Source: a virus
Taxonomy: Duplodnaviria; Heunggongvirae; Uroviricota; Caudoviricetes
Strand: one strand, 5' to 3'
DNA length: 62,580 nt
Virus record (IMG/VR): IMGVR_UViG_3300017963_002532
Span: 64,001-126,580 of that record
Part shown: piece by piece, positions 44,831 to 55,900 of the stretch
Numbering within the stretch: the first letter of the stretch is position 1
Layout: every line of letters starts with the position of its first letter
Notes under the pieces: model-generated
Seen by the model: only the letters and a program-made list of their open reading frames with translations
Told to the model about the DNA's origin: nothing
The model's database searches: none
Translations under genes and position numbers: made by a program

Positions 44831-45899
44831 ATAGTGTGCCCTTCAATTCTTCGTATAGCACAGAAACGGCTTCCGGATTGTCGTCCAGCCATGTTACTAC
44901 TTGGCTCTGAAACACGCTGGTCTCACCATCACACTTGAACGGAGGGTCAAACTTAGCCATAGCCTCCGGCATGACGATACGCCCACGGTCCCTTGCCTCG
45001 ATGATGCCAAACTGGATGCAAGTTGTCAGCGCGTCGAGCGAGGACCAGACCCCGTAACCAAAGCGGATAGGGAAGCGACCCTTCACGTAGGGCGCGGCGC
45101 ACTTGTTCTTCTTGACGAAGAAGTCCACCCACTGCCCCACCACGCGACCGTCATCCTCGGTGATGTAGTTCTTCTTGTAGATCTCACCCAACTGGATGCG
45201 CTGGACGGCATAGAACCCCATCGCCATACCGCCCGGCAGCGCCGTGTTGTCCCCGAACATCACACCCGGGTTCTTGCGGATCTGGTTGATGAAGACGATC
45301 GTGGACCGGTTCTTACGTAGGATATCCTTGAGATCACGGCACGCCGCACTCATTAGCTTCGCCAGCTTCGCCATGTGCTGCTTGCTGAGCGGACCGCCAG
45401 CCACCGCCTCCGGGACGAGGCTGTCGATCGAGTCCACAACGCAGACTGAGTTGGGGATCTTGGCAAATGCCTTGACGGCATCCAGACAGTCTTCGCCGGT
45501 ATCCGCCTCAATCATATGGAAGGTCTTGTTGCCGAACTCATCTTCGGCTTCCAGGTCGATCGTCGGGATCGATTCAACCAGCGAGCGGTTGATGCTCCCC
45601 TCCATATTGGCGTAGGCGACGTGCTTGCCTGCACGCTGGGCGATTCCCGCCACGGATAGGGCGAGGGTGGTCTTGCCGGATGAGGCTTCACCATATACTT
45701 CGTGCATTCCGCCGTCGGCAAACGGGATGTGTAGCTGGATGTCCAGCCCGGCTGACCCTGTAAAGTTCGGGTCGGGATCAATCACCGTATTCATCGGGCG
45801 GATCTTGGCGGAGTCGATCTTCTTGGCTTCTGCCACAAAGATCTTGTATACGTCAAGCTGTGCCTGGGCTGCGGTGTCCTTATTCTTCCTCTTCGCCAT
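44751..45899 (-). CDS. recA: RecA recombinase
   Basis: GSAGLD, EVYGEASSGKTT, VVDSI, FINQIR, PGG.A.GFYA, KNKCAAP. Confidence 0.92.
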   Translation of the reverse strand: MAKRKNKDTAAQAQLDVYKIFVAEAKKIDSAKIRPMNTVIDPDPNFTGSAGLDIQLHIPFADGGMHEVYGEASSGKTTLALSVAGIAQRAGKHVAYANMEGSINRSLVESIPTIDLEAEDEFGNKTFHMIEADTGEDCLDAVKAFAKIPNSVCVVDSIDSLVPEAVAGGPLSKQHMAKLAKLMSAACRDLKDILRKNRSTIVFINQIRKNPGVMFGDNTALPGGMAMGFYAVQRIQLGEIYKKNYITEDDGRVVGQWVDFFVKKNKCAAPYVKGRFPIRFGYGVWSSLDALTTCIQFGIIEARDRGRIVMPEAMAKFDPPFKCDGETSVFQSQVVTWLDDNPEAVSVLYEELKGTLYGNYVQEPGRDGDEDGSPAVQVQTQE

Positions 45900-46299
45900 G
45901 ATCTTTCTTCCTTAAGAGCTTATTGATGTTGACTTTTTCTCGTGGTTTAACCTCGGCATCAGTATGCAACTCCTGTAGCTCCAGCAGCTTACGTTCGAGA
46001 TCCAGATCCTCGAAGTAGGAGTTGTCGATGTGCCAATAGATTAACCCGATCTTGTTCCAAGCTAAAGTTAGACCTTGCCTGAGAACGAGATCGAGTATCT
46101 CGGTGGCTGACGCATCTCTTGTTTTCACCAGTCTGCGAACCAGCGACAGCGACGTGCCCCATTCTTTGGCAAAACCACTGGCTTTGCGCCACGGGAAGCG
46201 AGGCAGAGACCCATGCTTTTGCAGCATGTAGACCTCAACCACCGCCTGTTCTGTGCTGTGCTGGACCGAGGGCGTACTTATGCTTTGGTACTTCTTCAT
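45880..46299 (-). CDS. Hypothetical protein
   Basis: 139-aa ORF starting immediately after promoter copy 3. Confidence 0.55.
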   Translation of the reverse strand: MKKYQSISTPSVQHSTEQAVVEVYMLQKHGSLPRFPWRKASGFAKEWGTSLSLVRRLVKTRDASATEILDLVLRQGLTLAWNKIGLIYWHIDNSYFEDLDLERKLLELQELHTDAEVKPREKVNINKLLRKKDHGEEEE

Positions 46300-46300
46300 C

Positions 46301-46337
46301 CTATAGTAATTATGGCATCTGATCGAAAGTTATTTCG
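46301..46337 (-). promoter_or_regulatory. Putative phage promoter, copy 3 (possibly a near-leaderless transcript)
   Basis: Minus strand CGAAAT AACTTTCGATCAGAT GCCATAAT TAC TATAG, then G and ATG at 46299. Confidence 0.65.
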
Positions 46338-46346
46338 TGATTTCTG

Positions 46347-46808
46347 CTATTTTTTCACAAAAATCAGAGCGTCATGATCCTTACTCATGGGGCGCGGCTC
46401 TTGTCCCTTAAGGTTGCCGCTCATATCAAACCAGAAGATGGTCGCGGACGAAGTTTCTTCGTCGAACAACCCAACTCCAGTGAGATCCATGTTGATAACG
46501 CCGCGATGAATCTTCTTCAAGATGAAGTAAGCATTCGCGGTAGGAACGTTGAAGATCTCCTCGCCGCACTGAAGGCGCAGGCGTGTGATCTGAACGTCTT
46601 TATCGGCAAGGTAAGCTTTGAGTCGCATCCAGGCTAGTCGAACCTCGGGAACGTTGTTCTCGAACACGGTTCTACCGTCAGAAAGAGATGCGATCCATCT
46701 ACAAGGTGGGACGGTCTTATCGACCGAAAAGGCAAGTTTCTCACAATTCATGTCGCTGATTCCTAAATAATCAACCCTATGAACGAAACATGTATCCGAC
46801 GAGAACAT
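46347..46808 (-). CDS. Hypothetical protein
   Basis: ORF of up to 153 aa; start uncertain. Confidence 0.5.
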   Translation of the reverse strand: MFSSDTCFVHRVDYLGISDMNCEKLAFSVDKTVPPCRWIASLSDGRTVFENNVPEVRLAWMRLKAYLADKDVQITRLRLQCGEEIFNVPTANAYFILKKIHRGVINMDLTGVGLFDEETSSATIFWFDMSGNLKGQEPRPMSKDHDALIFVKK

Positions 46809-46841
46809 CTCATCAGAACCACAGCTCTATCAACGAGCTTC

Positions 46842-47435
46842 TTAGAAGTATTCCACACTGAAGTGGAAACCCCAACTGTTCTTGACACCGGTTGTCAACG
46901 GCTTAATGGAGACACCGATATGCCAATCGTGGATAGCAGCGGTTGTGGTGTGGTTAGCCACACTCATGGAGTTCGATCCGTCACTCGAAAGATCAGAGAA
47001 CGCACTATCTTGGTCAACCTCTGCAACCTGCGTGGTCATATTGTCCGGAGCCTCGCCGAGAGTCACACCAGACGCCGCAGTTAGAGCAACCGCGTAGAAC
47101 AGACCGTTCTGCGTCTGAACAGAACTACCAGCAGTCAACCGAACTACGAGGCTACCGCTACCAACAGCCACCGGTAGAGACGCGTTTCCGCCTCCGTCGA
47201 TCGATACCGTGTTAGCATCGATGTACTTGAAGTTGATACCAGTACCCTTGTCGGTACCAGCCGAATCAACCCGATACGTGGTGTCCTGGTAGGAGCCAAC
47301 AGACACGCTATTACCCGGTCCACCCGCACCGAAGAATCCTAAGAAGGATGGATCGGCGGTGTTACCGGCAATCAGCCCGCTGACCTCAGTAAAGCCTTCA
47401 GGGCAACCGCTAGGCAAATGGAATGTAATACTCAT
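46842..47435 (-). CDS. Putative virion structural protein
   Basis: G/S/T-rich beta-type composition, GGAGG RBS, within the structural block. Confidence 0.55.
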   Translation of the reverse strand: MSITFHLPSGCPEGFTEVSGLIAGNTADPSFLGFFGAGGPGNSVSVGSYQDTTYRVDSAGTDKGTGINFKYIDANTVSIDGGGNASLPVAVGSGSLVVRLTAGSSVQTQNGLFYAVALTAASGVTLGEAPDNMTTQVAEVDQDSAFSDLSSDGSNSMSVANHTTTAAIHDWHIGVSIKPLTTGVKNSWGFHFSVEYF

Positions 47436-47450
47436 GAATTACACCTCCTC

Positions 47451-49682
47451 TCATACATTCATAAAAACTTCTGGTGATGCACTAGATTGTAGAATCTGGT
47501 ACAAGCACTCTACAAGTTGAATCTCAAACGAGCCAGTATCTAGTTCCGCACGGCACAAGAACCGGCGTCCGTCATCAAGACCGACAACCAGCCAGTCACC
47601 CTCGGTGATACCTTCATCGTTAGAGCCGACAAACATCGTGTGACCGATGAAGTTGTTGATATCTGCTACGTCGAACGGGATGATATTTGAATCGCCCGTA
47701 ACCGTATACTGATTCAGCAACACAAGGTTGAAGTTGTGGGACGTGCCTAGGCGCAACTCCCAGAATGAGAACACGCCAGCCGCCACGTCAACCGCCCGGC
47801 GAGCGAACGACTTACTACCGATGCCGATCGGCTGAACGATCTCGGTGCCGCCCGCAGAACTCTCATAGAATGTTCCGCCGTCCGGGTCTCCAACGATCCT
47901 GAATGCCTCGAACTGATGGCTGTCAAGGCTTCTACCTCCCACGCCAAACCAGCCGTAGTTTCTACTCCAGGCAATACCATTAATGGCGTAGCTGCCGTGA
48001 TTGCCGATGTGGTTGAAACCCACCTGGCTCCGCTCAACTGCCCGCGTATTCAGGTTCACCTTCAGGAAGTGATACTCTGTCGTCTGACCTAGACCAGCCG
48101 TCGCGCCCGTGTCTGTTGACGGGTCCGGTGCTGGCGGTAGCTGCTGTGAACTATACGAGCGGAACGACCACTGGTTCTTAACGAATGCAAACGCAGTACT
48201 CGAACCCTCCTCTTGGATCATCTCACCAGCATTTCGCCAATACAGCGACGGGGTATCATATGACTGACGCCAAACGTAGGTGATGCCCGGGGGCGGCTGC
48301 GTCGTAAAGTATGCCGACGTCTGAGCCCCGGTGCCACCAAGGTTATCATTCCTCACCGGGCTGAGAAGTAATGCCGCGCCATTGAACGGCGAAATATTCA
48401 GAACACCGCTGCTGTTGCGACCACCAAATAGTTCATCACAGATGTGAATACCTTTAGATCTCTGTGGTGTTACTGAGTAGCCGTTATCAACCAGTGCGTA
48501 TGATTCCTGCGGCTCACCAGATGTACTATTGCGAACAATAGAATATGTGTCATCCTCGTTCATGGCGACAATGCCGCTCAACCAACCGGTTACGTGATAG
48601 TCGTCCTCGCTGTTCGGATAGACGCTGAGCACGCCGCTCGGTCCGTAGCCTGTGTTACTATCAGATACGATAATTCTGTGGACTCCGTGCAGTAATTCTG
48701 GACTTTGTGCAACAAAATTCATGAACGCCATACCCACCGTACGCGGGTGTCCTGACGCCGCTGGGATCTGGGTGTTACGGTCTGCCCAATCCCCGATCCA
48801 GCGTTCGCCCGCCGCCACAGCCGTCAAAGGATCGTTCTCTTCACTTATAATGCGTAGCTGAGTGGTCTCACTGAAGCCATCTCCACAGAGCCTCATAACG
48901 CCAGAAGCCAGGACCGCCGGGCTGAAACCGGACGACTGAGGGGCTCCCAGCTCCCCGTAGTTAAACGCGTTCATATCCCCTACGTCGGGACCCGCCGTGT
49001 AGGAATCGCCCCCAGGCGTAATTAGCGCCGGAAATACGGGGGCTGTCTCATAGGTTACATTGAATGCGAACCGCTCTCCACGCCTGGAGAAGCGGGCGTA
49101 CGGCTGGTAGCTGATTTCCCTGATCGTTTGGGTGTCCATATATCCCGATGCGCCGATAATTCCACTGGCGCTGACAGCGTTGTCTCCGAAGATCGACCCG
49201 AAATCGAGCACCTTCTCTGGGAGGCGGTATTGGTAGTCTCCACTTGCGCCGCTTGGTAGCGGACTGAAGGATGTCCTTAGATAGTCCGTTCTCGCTATGT
49301 GCTGGGTCGAGTCCGTGTCCCACGCTACCGAGGTGAAGATCTGGTCCATAGAGTTCCGCAGATCCTCGATATAGTTGAGGCAGTAGGGATTGCCACTCGC
49401 CGATACAAACGCACCGCTCGGGTCCGGGTCGGCTACCTCCTGCTTGGCAACCTCTGTTGGGATCGCCGAACGGTAGTTGTAGAAGGTCGGGTCGGACTCT
49501 ATTCCATATTTACGGATCTCGGCTAGGTGAACATACATAGCCTGCTCATATAGAAATCCACTGATCTCGGGGATTGGCTGAGCTTGATCTGACCAACCTA
49601 CGCTGGGATTGCCGAACCTACCGAGAAAAGTAAATGGGATATCTATATATTGGTACGGTAGAACACCGCTTGCTACACTCAT
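47451..49682 (-). CDS. Putative virion/tail protein
   Basis: 743 aa, beta-rich; about 15 SG dipeptides concentrated in the first ~430 residues. Confidence 0.55.
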   Translation of the reverse strand: MSVASGVLPYQYIDIPFTFLGRFGNPSVGWSDQAQPIPEISGFLYEQAMYVHLAEIRKYGIESDPTFYNYRSAIPTEVAKQEVADPDPSGAFVSASGNPYCLNYIEDLRNSMDQIFTSVAWDTDSTQHIARTDYLRTSFSPLPSGASGDYQYRLPEKVLDFGSIFGDNAVSASGIIGASGYMDTQTIREISYQPYARFSRRGERFAFNVTYETAPVFPALITPGGDSYTAGPDVGDMNAFNYGELGAPQSSGFSPAVLASGVMRLCGDGFSETTQLRIISEENDPLTAVAAGERWIGDWADRNTQIPAASGHPRTVGMAFMNFVAQSPELLHGVHRIIVSDSNTGYGPSGVLSVYPNSEDDYHVTGWLSGIVAMNEDDTYSIVRNSTSGEPQESYALVDNGYSVTPQRSKGIHICDELFGGRNSSGVLNISPFNGAALLLSPVRNDNLGGTGAQTSAYFTTQPPPGITYVWRQSYDTPSLYWRNAGEMIQEEGSSTAFAFVKNQWSFRSYSSQQLPPAPDPSTDTGATAGLGQTTEYHFLKVNLNTRAVERSQVGFNHIGNHGSYAINGIAWSRNYGWFGVGGRSLDSHQFEAFRIVGDPDGGTFYESSAGGTEIVQPIGIGSKSFARRAVDVAAGVFSFWELRLGTSHNFNLVLLNQYTVTGDSNIIPFDVADINNFIGHTMFVGSNDEGITEGDWLVVGLDDGRRFLCRAELDTGSFEIQLVECLYQILQSSASPEVFMNV

Positions 49683-50167
49683 GTGGCAAATCTTCCAAAT
49701 CCGTGAATCGGTAATTCGACGAATGAAACCGTAACCCTAGTTCCTGACATGCCGGACGGCACTGAGGCGGAATAATACATGCCACGCATACCCACTGTCG
49801 CCAGATGACGCCACGGGCGCGGGACTACGCTTGTGAATGTCGTACCGCTTGGGCTAACAACCCCCTCGTTGTTACACTCCTGTACGGTTACGAGCGCACC
49901 GGACGTTCCCTGATCTGAGACAGCCATAATCTCGACCGGTCGCACAATCGAGGTGGGGGTCGTAGACTGAATGAACATCGAACCGCTGGAGAGTTGAAAA
50001 TCTGCGCCGATCGTCTGAGTAAGCTGAGGGTTCTCTGTTAGAATAGTGACACGCTTACCGACGTCAACGACGTCTCCATCGTTGAGGGGAGGTACGTTGC
50101 TGATCTGTCGTCTTGCGCCGCTAGTCTTCGCTTCGTCAACTAGCTGGACCGTATATCGCTTAGCCAT
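49679..50167 (-). CDS. Putative virion protein
   Basis: 162 aa, six SG dipeptides, coupled to its neighbours. Confidence 0.5.
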   Translation of the reverse strand: MAKRYTVQLVDEAKTSGARRQISNVPPLNDGDVVDVGKRVTILTENPQLTQTIGADFQLSSGSMFIQSTTPTSIVRPVEIMAVSDQGTSGALVTVQECNNEGVVSPSGTTFTSVVPRPWRHLATVGMRGMYYSASVPSGMSGTRVTVSFVELPIHGFGRFAT

Positions 50168-52984
50168 TTATACCTCCTCCTCCGAGATAACCTCTACTAC
50201 ACGAGCATTGAGTGCATGACCCCCCGTGAAGTAATAGAATGTTACGGAGGTGCCAGTGCCCCTTCCTTCCTCCTGGTAGTTGAACACCGCCGGGTCGCCC
50301 TCATTCAAAAAGCCGTCGATACACTCAGTACCATCGGACATCAGGCGTCCATCATTGCGGCGGTTCTTGTTAGGATACGTCACGCCGTTATTCGTCTGAC
50401 CGAAATATCTCTCCGGCTCCACGGACGCGCCACCCAACTCTACATTGAGTAGGTTGTTCACCGTGGTGATCTCAACCTTCTTAGAAAATGATTCCGGCTC
50501 TGTGTAATACTGCGTCTGCGGCGGCGTGAGTCCAATACTCCTCACTGGTCCCACGTTGAAATCGAAGATGTCGAAGTCAATTGGGTTAATACCACCCTGG
50601 AATGCCGGGAACTCCCTATCGCCCAGCGGCGGGATCTTGGTATATGCCGCATAGAAGTCGTTGATACGGTATGTGGTGATAATCCCCCCGGTACCAAATG
50701 AGAACGACATCGAGGCGATACCATTGTCACGCACGCCATATAAGCCGCTACTATTCGCATCCTGGCTCGCAAAGCTGTCGAAGTCCAATGCCGGGAAGCC
50801 GGGCTGTCGAATCTCAGCATAGCGTGAGTTGAGGGCATCGATGAATAGACCACGTAGGCGACGCTTGGCGCGAATATCCATGATACGCACGCCATTCTGG
50901 TTACCAGCCGGATAGAAGTTCCACGGAGCAAATTGTTCGTCAGACACGAACTGCTCACCCAGCACCGGGTGTAGCGTGCCAGACACCCACACGTCCGGGA
51001 ATCCATCTCCATAGCGATCATTTGTTTCAGTCGGAATAGCAACACCGCTGATCTCGGAGTATACGTTGACTAAGATGTTCGGACTATAGAGATCAAACTC
51101 GCCCGATGTATTCGCGTTGTTGATACTTTCAATCATGGTCGCTAGTGTATCTAGAACCGTTCCACTGCCCTTACTCTGTCCAACAATAGCAGGGAACTGG
51201 CACCATACTGTGCCATCCGGGAACAACTGAAATCCATATTCGTCGGAAGAATCACGAGGATCTCGAATTTGCTGCCCAACCTCACGAAGCTGCACGGGCA
51301 CATAGTGTTCCCTGGTTCCAGAAGTACTGAACGGCGGCACATCCTCGCTCCAGTTGCCGAATGACGCAGGGACATCCTCACCCTCTGGACCATAGATTGT
51401 GCTTGACGGCAATACGCAGTGCGCCGCCACGCGGAAGTCCTGCTGGATAAAGGGACTCACAGGACCCAAGGTCTTGTTGATCTCATACCCCTGGATAAAC
51501 GGACCATTCGAGCCACTCTGACTTAAGGCGTGTCCTTCGACTTGGTTTTCGACATTCGCCCAGGCTGCGCCAACTACCCGTAAATAACCAGATGCCTGAT
51601 TATATAGAAGCCCAGACGCAACATACGAACGACCAAAGTGACGCTGTGCGTGATCATTCACACGATTATGGAAGTTGATTACCCAGTTATCCGTCGCATC
51701 TCGGCGGTTGTTGATAACGCGCAAGTTGCCAGACGGATTAGCTAGTAGCTCTGACAGAGGCTCGGTCGGATCTAGACGACTCTGGAACTCCGGATGCTGC
51801 GCCGCGATCGAACCCGCATCCCCGTCCATCTCGAACCCCGGCGGAGTCGCGCCCGAAGCCGCTGTCTGATAGATCTTGAAGTACGTCCACTGCTCAATTC
51901 CCGCCAACGCCATCTGTAGCTCTCGGTCACTTGGGATGTAGGAACGTAGCTGACCGGCAGCATCAACGAACTGCACAGTAATACCATGCCATGCCGGAGT
52001 AAAGACAATGCCGCTCGACGGCAGGTCTACGCCATCGATGGGGCTGAGTAGTCGTGAGTTCCAGAATCCCTGTGTCCGCGCACCAAGAAGGCGTACACGG
52101 GAGGGTTCTTGCACTGCGTCCTTACCAAAACGTAGCGTAGTATAGTTGCTATCGCCCAAGGAGTCGAACAAAGCATTCTCATCGATCTTGAACGGCACCT
52201 TGCGGTTGACGACGTTGACCTCATCCTGCGACATATTCCAGTACCAGTCATACGCCGAATCCTGCATCACCTGATTCACAACGGAATCAAGCGTGTCGAA
52301 GTCAAACTGGAAACGGACCGCTGCCGCATCAGCACCACCCATGTTACCCGCAATGACTGCCGGGCTTGGTAGCTTCGATGGATCTATGTTGATTCTGTCA
52401 TTATCATAGGCATTTTGCAGAGCCGTATAGATCTCTGCGTAGGTAGCACCGCGCTCCAAGATCTTACGATACTCCCAGGTAATAGGATCTCTTTCTTGGG
52501 TTACCTGGAAAGTATATAGGTCCCGGAGTTCCGCCGGAATGGAAACAATACCACTTGGTCTACTAGCGCCAAGGTCGTCTGTGGTGATCTTCACACGACG
52601 AAGCGTCCTGCGACGGTCCTCCATCGTAATCTCAACAGTGACGCCACCCTGACCAACGCTGTACTCGGAGTGAGTGACAAAGCCACGAAGGAAGAATGAA
52701 CCAATCGTCATAGACAATTCAGTATTGATATTCGGAGTCTGTCCAGATGCACCGTGTAGATCGGCACGCTCGCCCTGGGACACGAATGTCAGGTTGAACT
52801 GGTGAGGCGAATCGTTAAATCCAAAGGTGGACGAAAAGCCCTGTAGTACGGCATCTAGGTCTGATCCGGGCAGACCTTCGGTAACCTGTCCGCTCGGGAA
52901 ATAGATCGCCGAGTTGACGCCAGATCCGCTTACTCCTACAACACCCATCATTGATTGACTCCTACTACCAAGCTGTCGCACCAA
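50168..52984 (-). CDS. Putative tail/baseplate hub-like protein
   Basis: 938 aa; N-terminal region (FLRGFVTH..VTVEITMEDRR..YDWYW) recalls tail hub proteins; context only. Confidence 0.45.
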   Translation of the reverse strand: MVRQLGSRSQSMMGVVGVSGSGVNSAIYFPSGQVTEGLPGSDLDAVLQGFSSTFGFNDSPHQFNLTFVSQGERADLHGASGQTPNINTELSMTIGSFFLRGFVTHSEYSVGQGGVTVEITMEDRRRTLRRVKITTDDLGASRPSGIVSIPAELRDLYTFQVTQERDPITWEYRKILERGATYAEIYTALQNAYDNDRINIDPSKLPSPAVIAGNMGGADAAAVRFQFDFDTLDSVVNQVMQDSAYDWYWNMSQDEVNVVNRKVPFKIDENALFDSLGDSNYTTLRFGKDAVQEPSRVRLLGARTQGFWNSRLLSPIDGVDLPSSGIVFTPAWHGITVQFVDAAGQLRSYIPSDRELQMALAGIEQWTYFKIYQTAASGATPPGFEMDGDAGSIAAQHPEFQSRLDPTEPLSELLANPSGNLRVINNRRDATDNWVINFHNRVNDHAQRHFGRSYVASGLLYNQASGYLRVVGAAWANVENQVEGHALSQSGSNGPFIQGYEINKTLGPVSPFIQQDFRVAAHCVLPSSTIYGPEGEDVPASFGNWSEDVPPFSTSGTREHYVPVQLREVGQQIRDPRDSSDEYGFQLFPDGTVWCQFPAIVGQSKGSGTVLDTLATMIESINNANTSGEFDLYSPNILVNVYSEISGVAIPTETNDRYGDGFPDVWVSGTLHPVLGEQFVSDEQFAPWNFYPAGNQNGVRIMDIRAKRRLRGLFIDALNSRYAEIRQPGFPALDFDSFASQDANSSGLYGVRDNGIASMSFSFGTGGIITTYRINDFYAAYTKIPPLGDREFPAFQGGINPIDFDIFDFNVGPVRSIGLTPPQTQYYTEPESFSKKVEITTVNNLLNVELGGASVEPERYFGQTNNGVTYPNKNRRNDGRLMSDGTECIDGFLNEGDPAVFNYQEEGRGTGTSVTFYYFTGGHALNARVVEVISEEEV

Positions 52985-55900
52985 AACCGACCGTTGTCAT
53001 CTCTGACGATCCAGACCGGGATATAGTTTCCGACCGAATGGTAGAGGTGTGTCGGATCATCATAGTGCGAGAGTGTACGATCACCGAAGTTGATGATCGA
53101 TTCCTTTACTCCCACCGGCTGCACACCATACGCCTGCGTGAAGGCGATCGTGTGTGGTACTACACCACTCTGTGGCGTGCCGGTTAGTTCCAGCGTTATC
53201 TTCTCGTCTGCGGCTAGACCAACCGATAGGTCAACGCGCTTGCGGCAGCTACCGTGCGTGCCCTGCTTATCAATGGCGTCAGCACGAATGATGTATACAC
53301 CAGACGATGTGAACGTGTGCTCGACCTCAAACACGCCGTCGCTCGGCGTCACGTCCTGCTGACCACTCATGTTACCAAACTGGATCCAGACACTCTCGAT
53401 CTCGTTTGCCGCACCATTCTGGATGGTCTCATCGCCCACGGTCACAGTACCAGATACCGTGACGTGATAGTAACCGTCGAGAGTGCCGGAGCCAGTAACA
53501 TAGCAGGTCACTGTCGGCGGTGTATACTGCCTCAAGACCTGAAGTGTCGCATCGAAGTCATTCGACATCGCGCTACCGATCCTGGCGATTAGATCAAAGT
53601 CGATATCTTCCGGCACAACATATGTGAACATCGAGAGGAAGGATGCGTCGTCATCCACGCTAACCGCGTTTAGATAGCCTCCGACCTGACCCGAGCCAGT
53701 CTCCTGGGTATATGTGACGTATCCGCCAATCTGACCCGACGCTGATTCTAGATCGTATGTTGTGTATCCGCCAATCTGACCCGACGACCCTGTCGGCGAA
53801 TCTAGCTGCTCTAGGTAGCCACCAACCTCGCCCGATGCCGATAGCTGGACGCCGTCCGTGTAGCCACCGACCTGACCAGACACGCCCGTCGCCGAGTCCG
53901 GCGCTGCCATGTAGCCGCCAATCTGACCCGACGCACCCGTGGCAATCACTATCGGCAAGCCGATCTTCACGACGGATAGAATCTCTCCAGACGACAGAGC
54001 CCGCTGGATGAAGTAAACTTCGTCTAAATCGCCGTCGTATGGCTGTTGGTTCGTCGGAGATGCGCCGACATGGAACGGTTCGGTTGTTGTGTCCTGTGCC
54101 TTGGACGAATCCGGCAGAGCACCACTACCAATAATAGTCGGGATGTAGTCGGAGCCCGTGCGGTAGATATACTGGACCTCGTTATCGCGGTCAACCACCC
54201 AATCGATATGCTGCCACTCGTTAGCGATCAGGCTGCTCGGCTGTGTCGAAACAACGTAGCCGATGCCGTCGATACTTACCTGACCCCAGACCTCGCCTTC
54301 TTCGTCCATATATAGGACATACTGATCATAAGAACCCTTGCCCGCAAGCTGCGCATAGCGTTCATACGCCACGCCGCTGGGCTTCGCCCACAGACCCATT
54401 GTCCAAGATGACGCCGTTGGGCTAAGCCCGGTGGACACGCCACTACCAGTACGTTGTAGTGACGGGAAGGGGTTAACCCAATGCTCAAATCTTGTGCCAT
54501 TGTTTCTACGAGCTGCAACCTGTTTCGGTGATCCTGTAATCACATTGAGGTGATTGCTCTTGCCGCTACTGTCTAGGCGCGTATCGTTGTCGCCTAACTC
54601 ATCAAGCCTCCAGACCCCCTGCATCTGCTCTTCTGTAGCAGTTACGCTGGTCACGAATGCATCGAGATAGCCACCAATGGATTCACCAGCAGAAGGTACG
54701 GGACCGACTCCGGACTCGGCTACATATGCAACCTCTCCGCTTGACAATGCGCGGCTGATGAACATGATGTCGTTGGCAGCGCCCGTGAAGTCTGTGTTCG
54801 CCGGGTTGGGATTACCCTGGAGGGCTAGCTCATCCGCAGAACCAGAACCCATAACGCCCGTGATCGCGCCGGAGCCAACAATGCCGCCATTGACGTAGAG
54901 AATAACCTCTCCGCCAGTCTTATTGTATGTAGCTGCAATATGAACAAATTGACCGCTTGGAACCGCGCCGTGCGCCGTAGTGACGTAATCGATTTCCGCA
55001 GAGCCCGCACCCCACCTGTGTGCCACCTGTAGCCTATCGACCGGCTTGCCAGCCGAACCAACAACCTGTATTGCGAAACGCGCACTGTTATTGAATGTCT
55101 GATCGTCCCGCATGATTAGGACAACCGGCTGCGTCTCCTGTAGGTGACCGCCGCTCGGATATATCCAACCCTGCCAGGTAAAGTTCTCCGCCGACCCCGT
55201 GTACTGCTCCCCAATATCGACACCACGGAACTTCGCATTTGTGCCAGTACCAGCGTTCTTCGTTACACGCGCATTCTCTCTCTGGATATTAGCTGTCTGA
55301 ACACCGCTTGTAAGAATACCCTGGTTGACAGGAGTAAGGGCAACAAGGTCGTTACCCAGGTCTCCGTAATCAACAAGAGCGTCGCCCGGAGAGTCCTCGT
55401 TGCCATACCACCAACTCTGGATGGCTGGATCAATCTTAGTGAAGACCTCTGGTGTCGCACCAGGATATACTTGTAGATAGCCACCAATCTGTCCAGATGA
55501 TTCTGGACTAAAGGCTGGAACATAGCCACCGATCTCACCAGACGTTGGTGTCGGTGCGGCACCAGCCTCAATATAGCCACCAATCTCACCAGACGTAGAA
55601 ACAGCCACGCCGTTAACGTAGCCGCCAATCTCGCCGGTAGTCACCTGAAGACCGGAGTATGTCGCATAGATGTTAAAGTTATCTACCTGAACAACTACAT
55701 TAGTACCATCACCATCAAAGTTCAGCGCACCACTTGGCGTTTGGTCATTAAGCGAATTGTCATACAGGCTATGAGTTTCCTCCCAAATGCCCGAGTTCTT
55801 CGCTTTAACATGGCACTGAATCAAATCACCGTCATCAACTACACGTAGACGAGCAGAGGTGATAGTATAGTCGTCAGTCAGGTAGGCAAGAGCCTGAACG

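Noticed and set aside
46815-46845. AGCTC-N7-GAGCT hairpin after the 46842-47435 gene as a terminator
   Set aside because: The 5-bp stem is weak and there is no U-tract
53670-53945. DNA repeats as a CRISPR mini-array or diversity-generating retroelement template
   Set aside because: Repeats are degenerate at third codon positions, lie in frame within a CDS, and no reverse transcriptase is present
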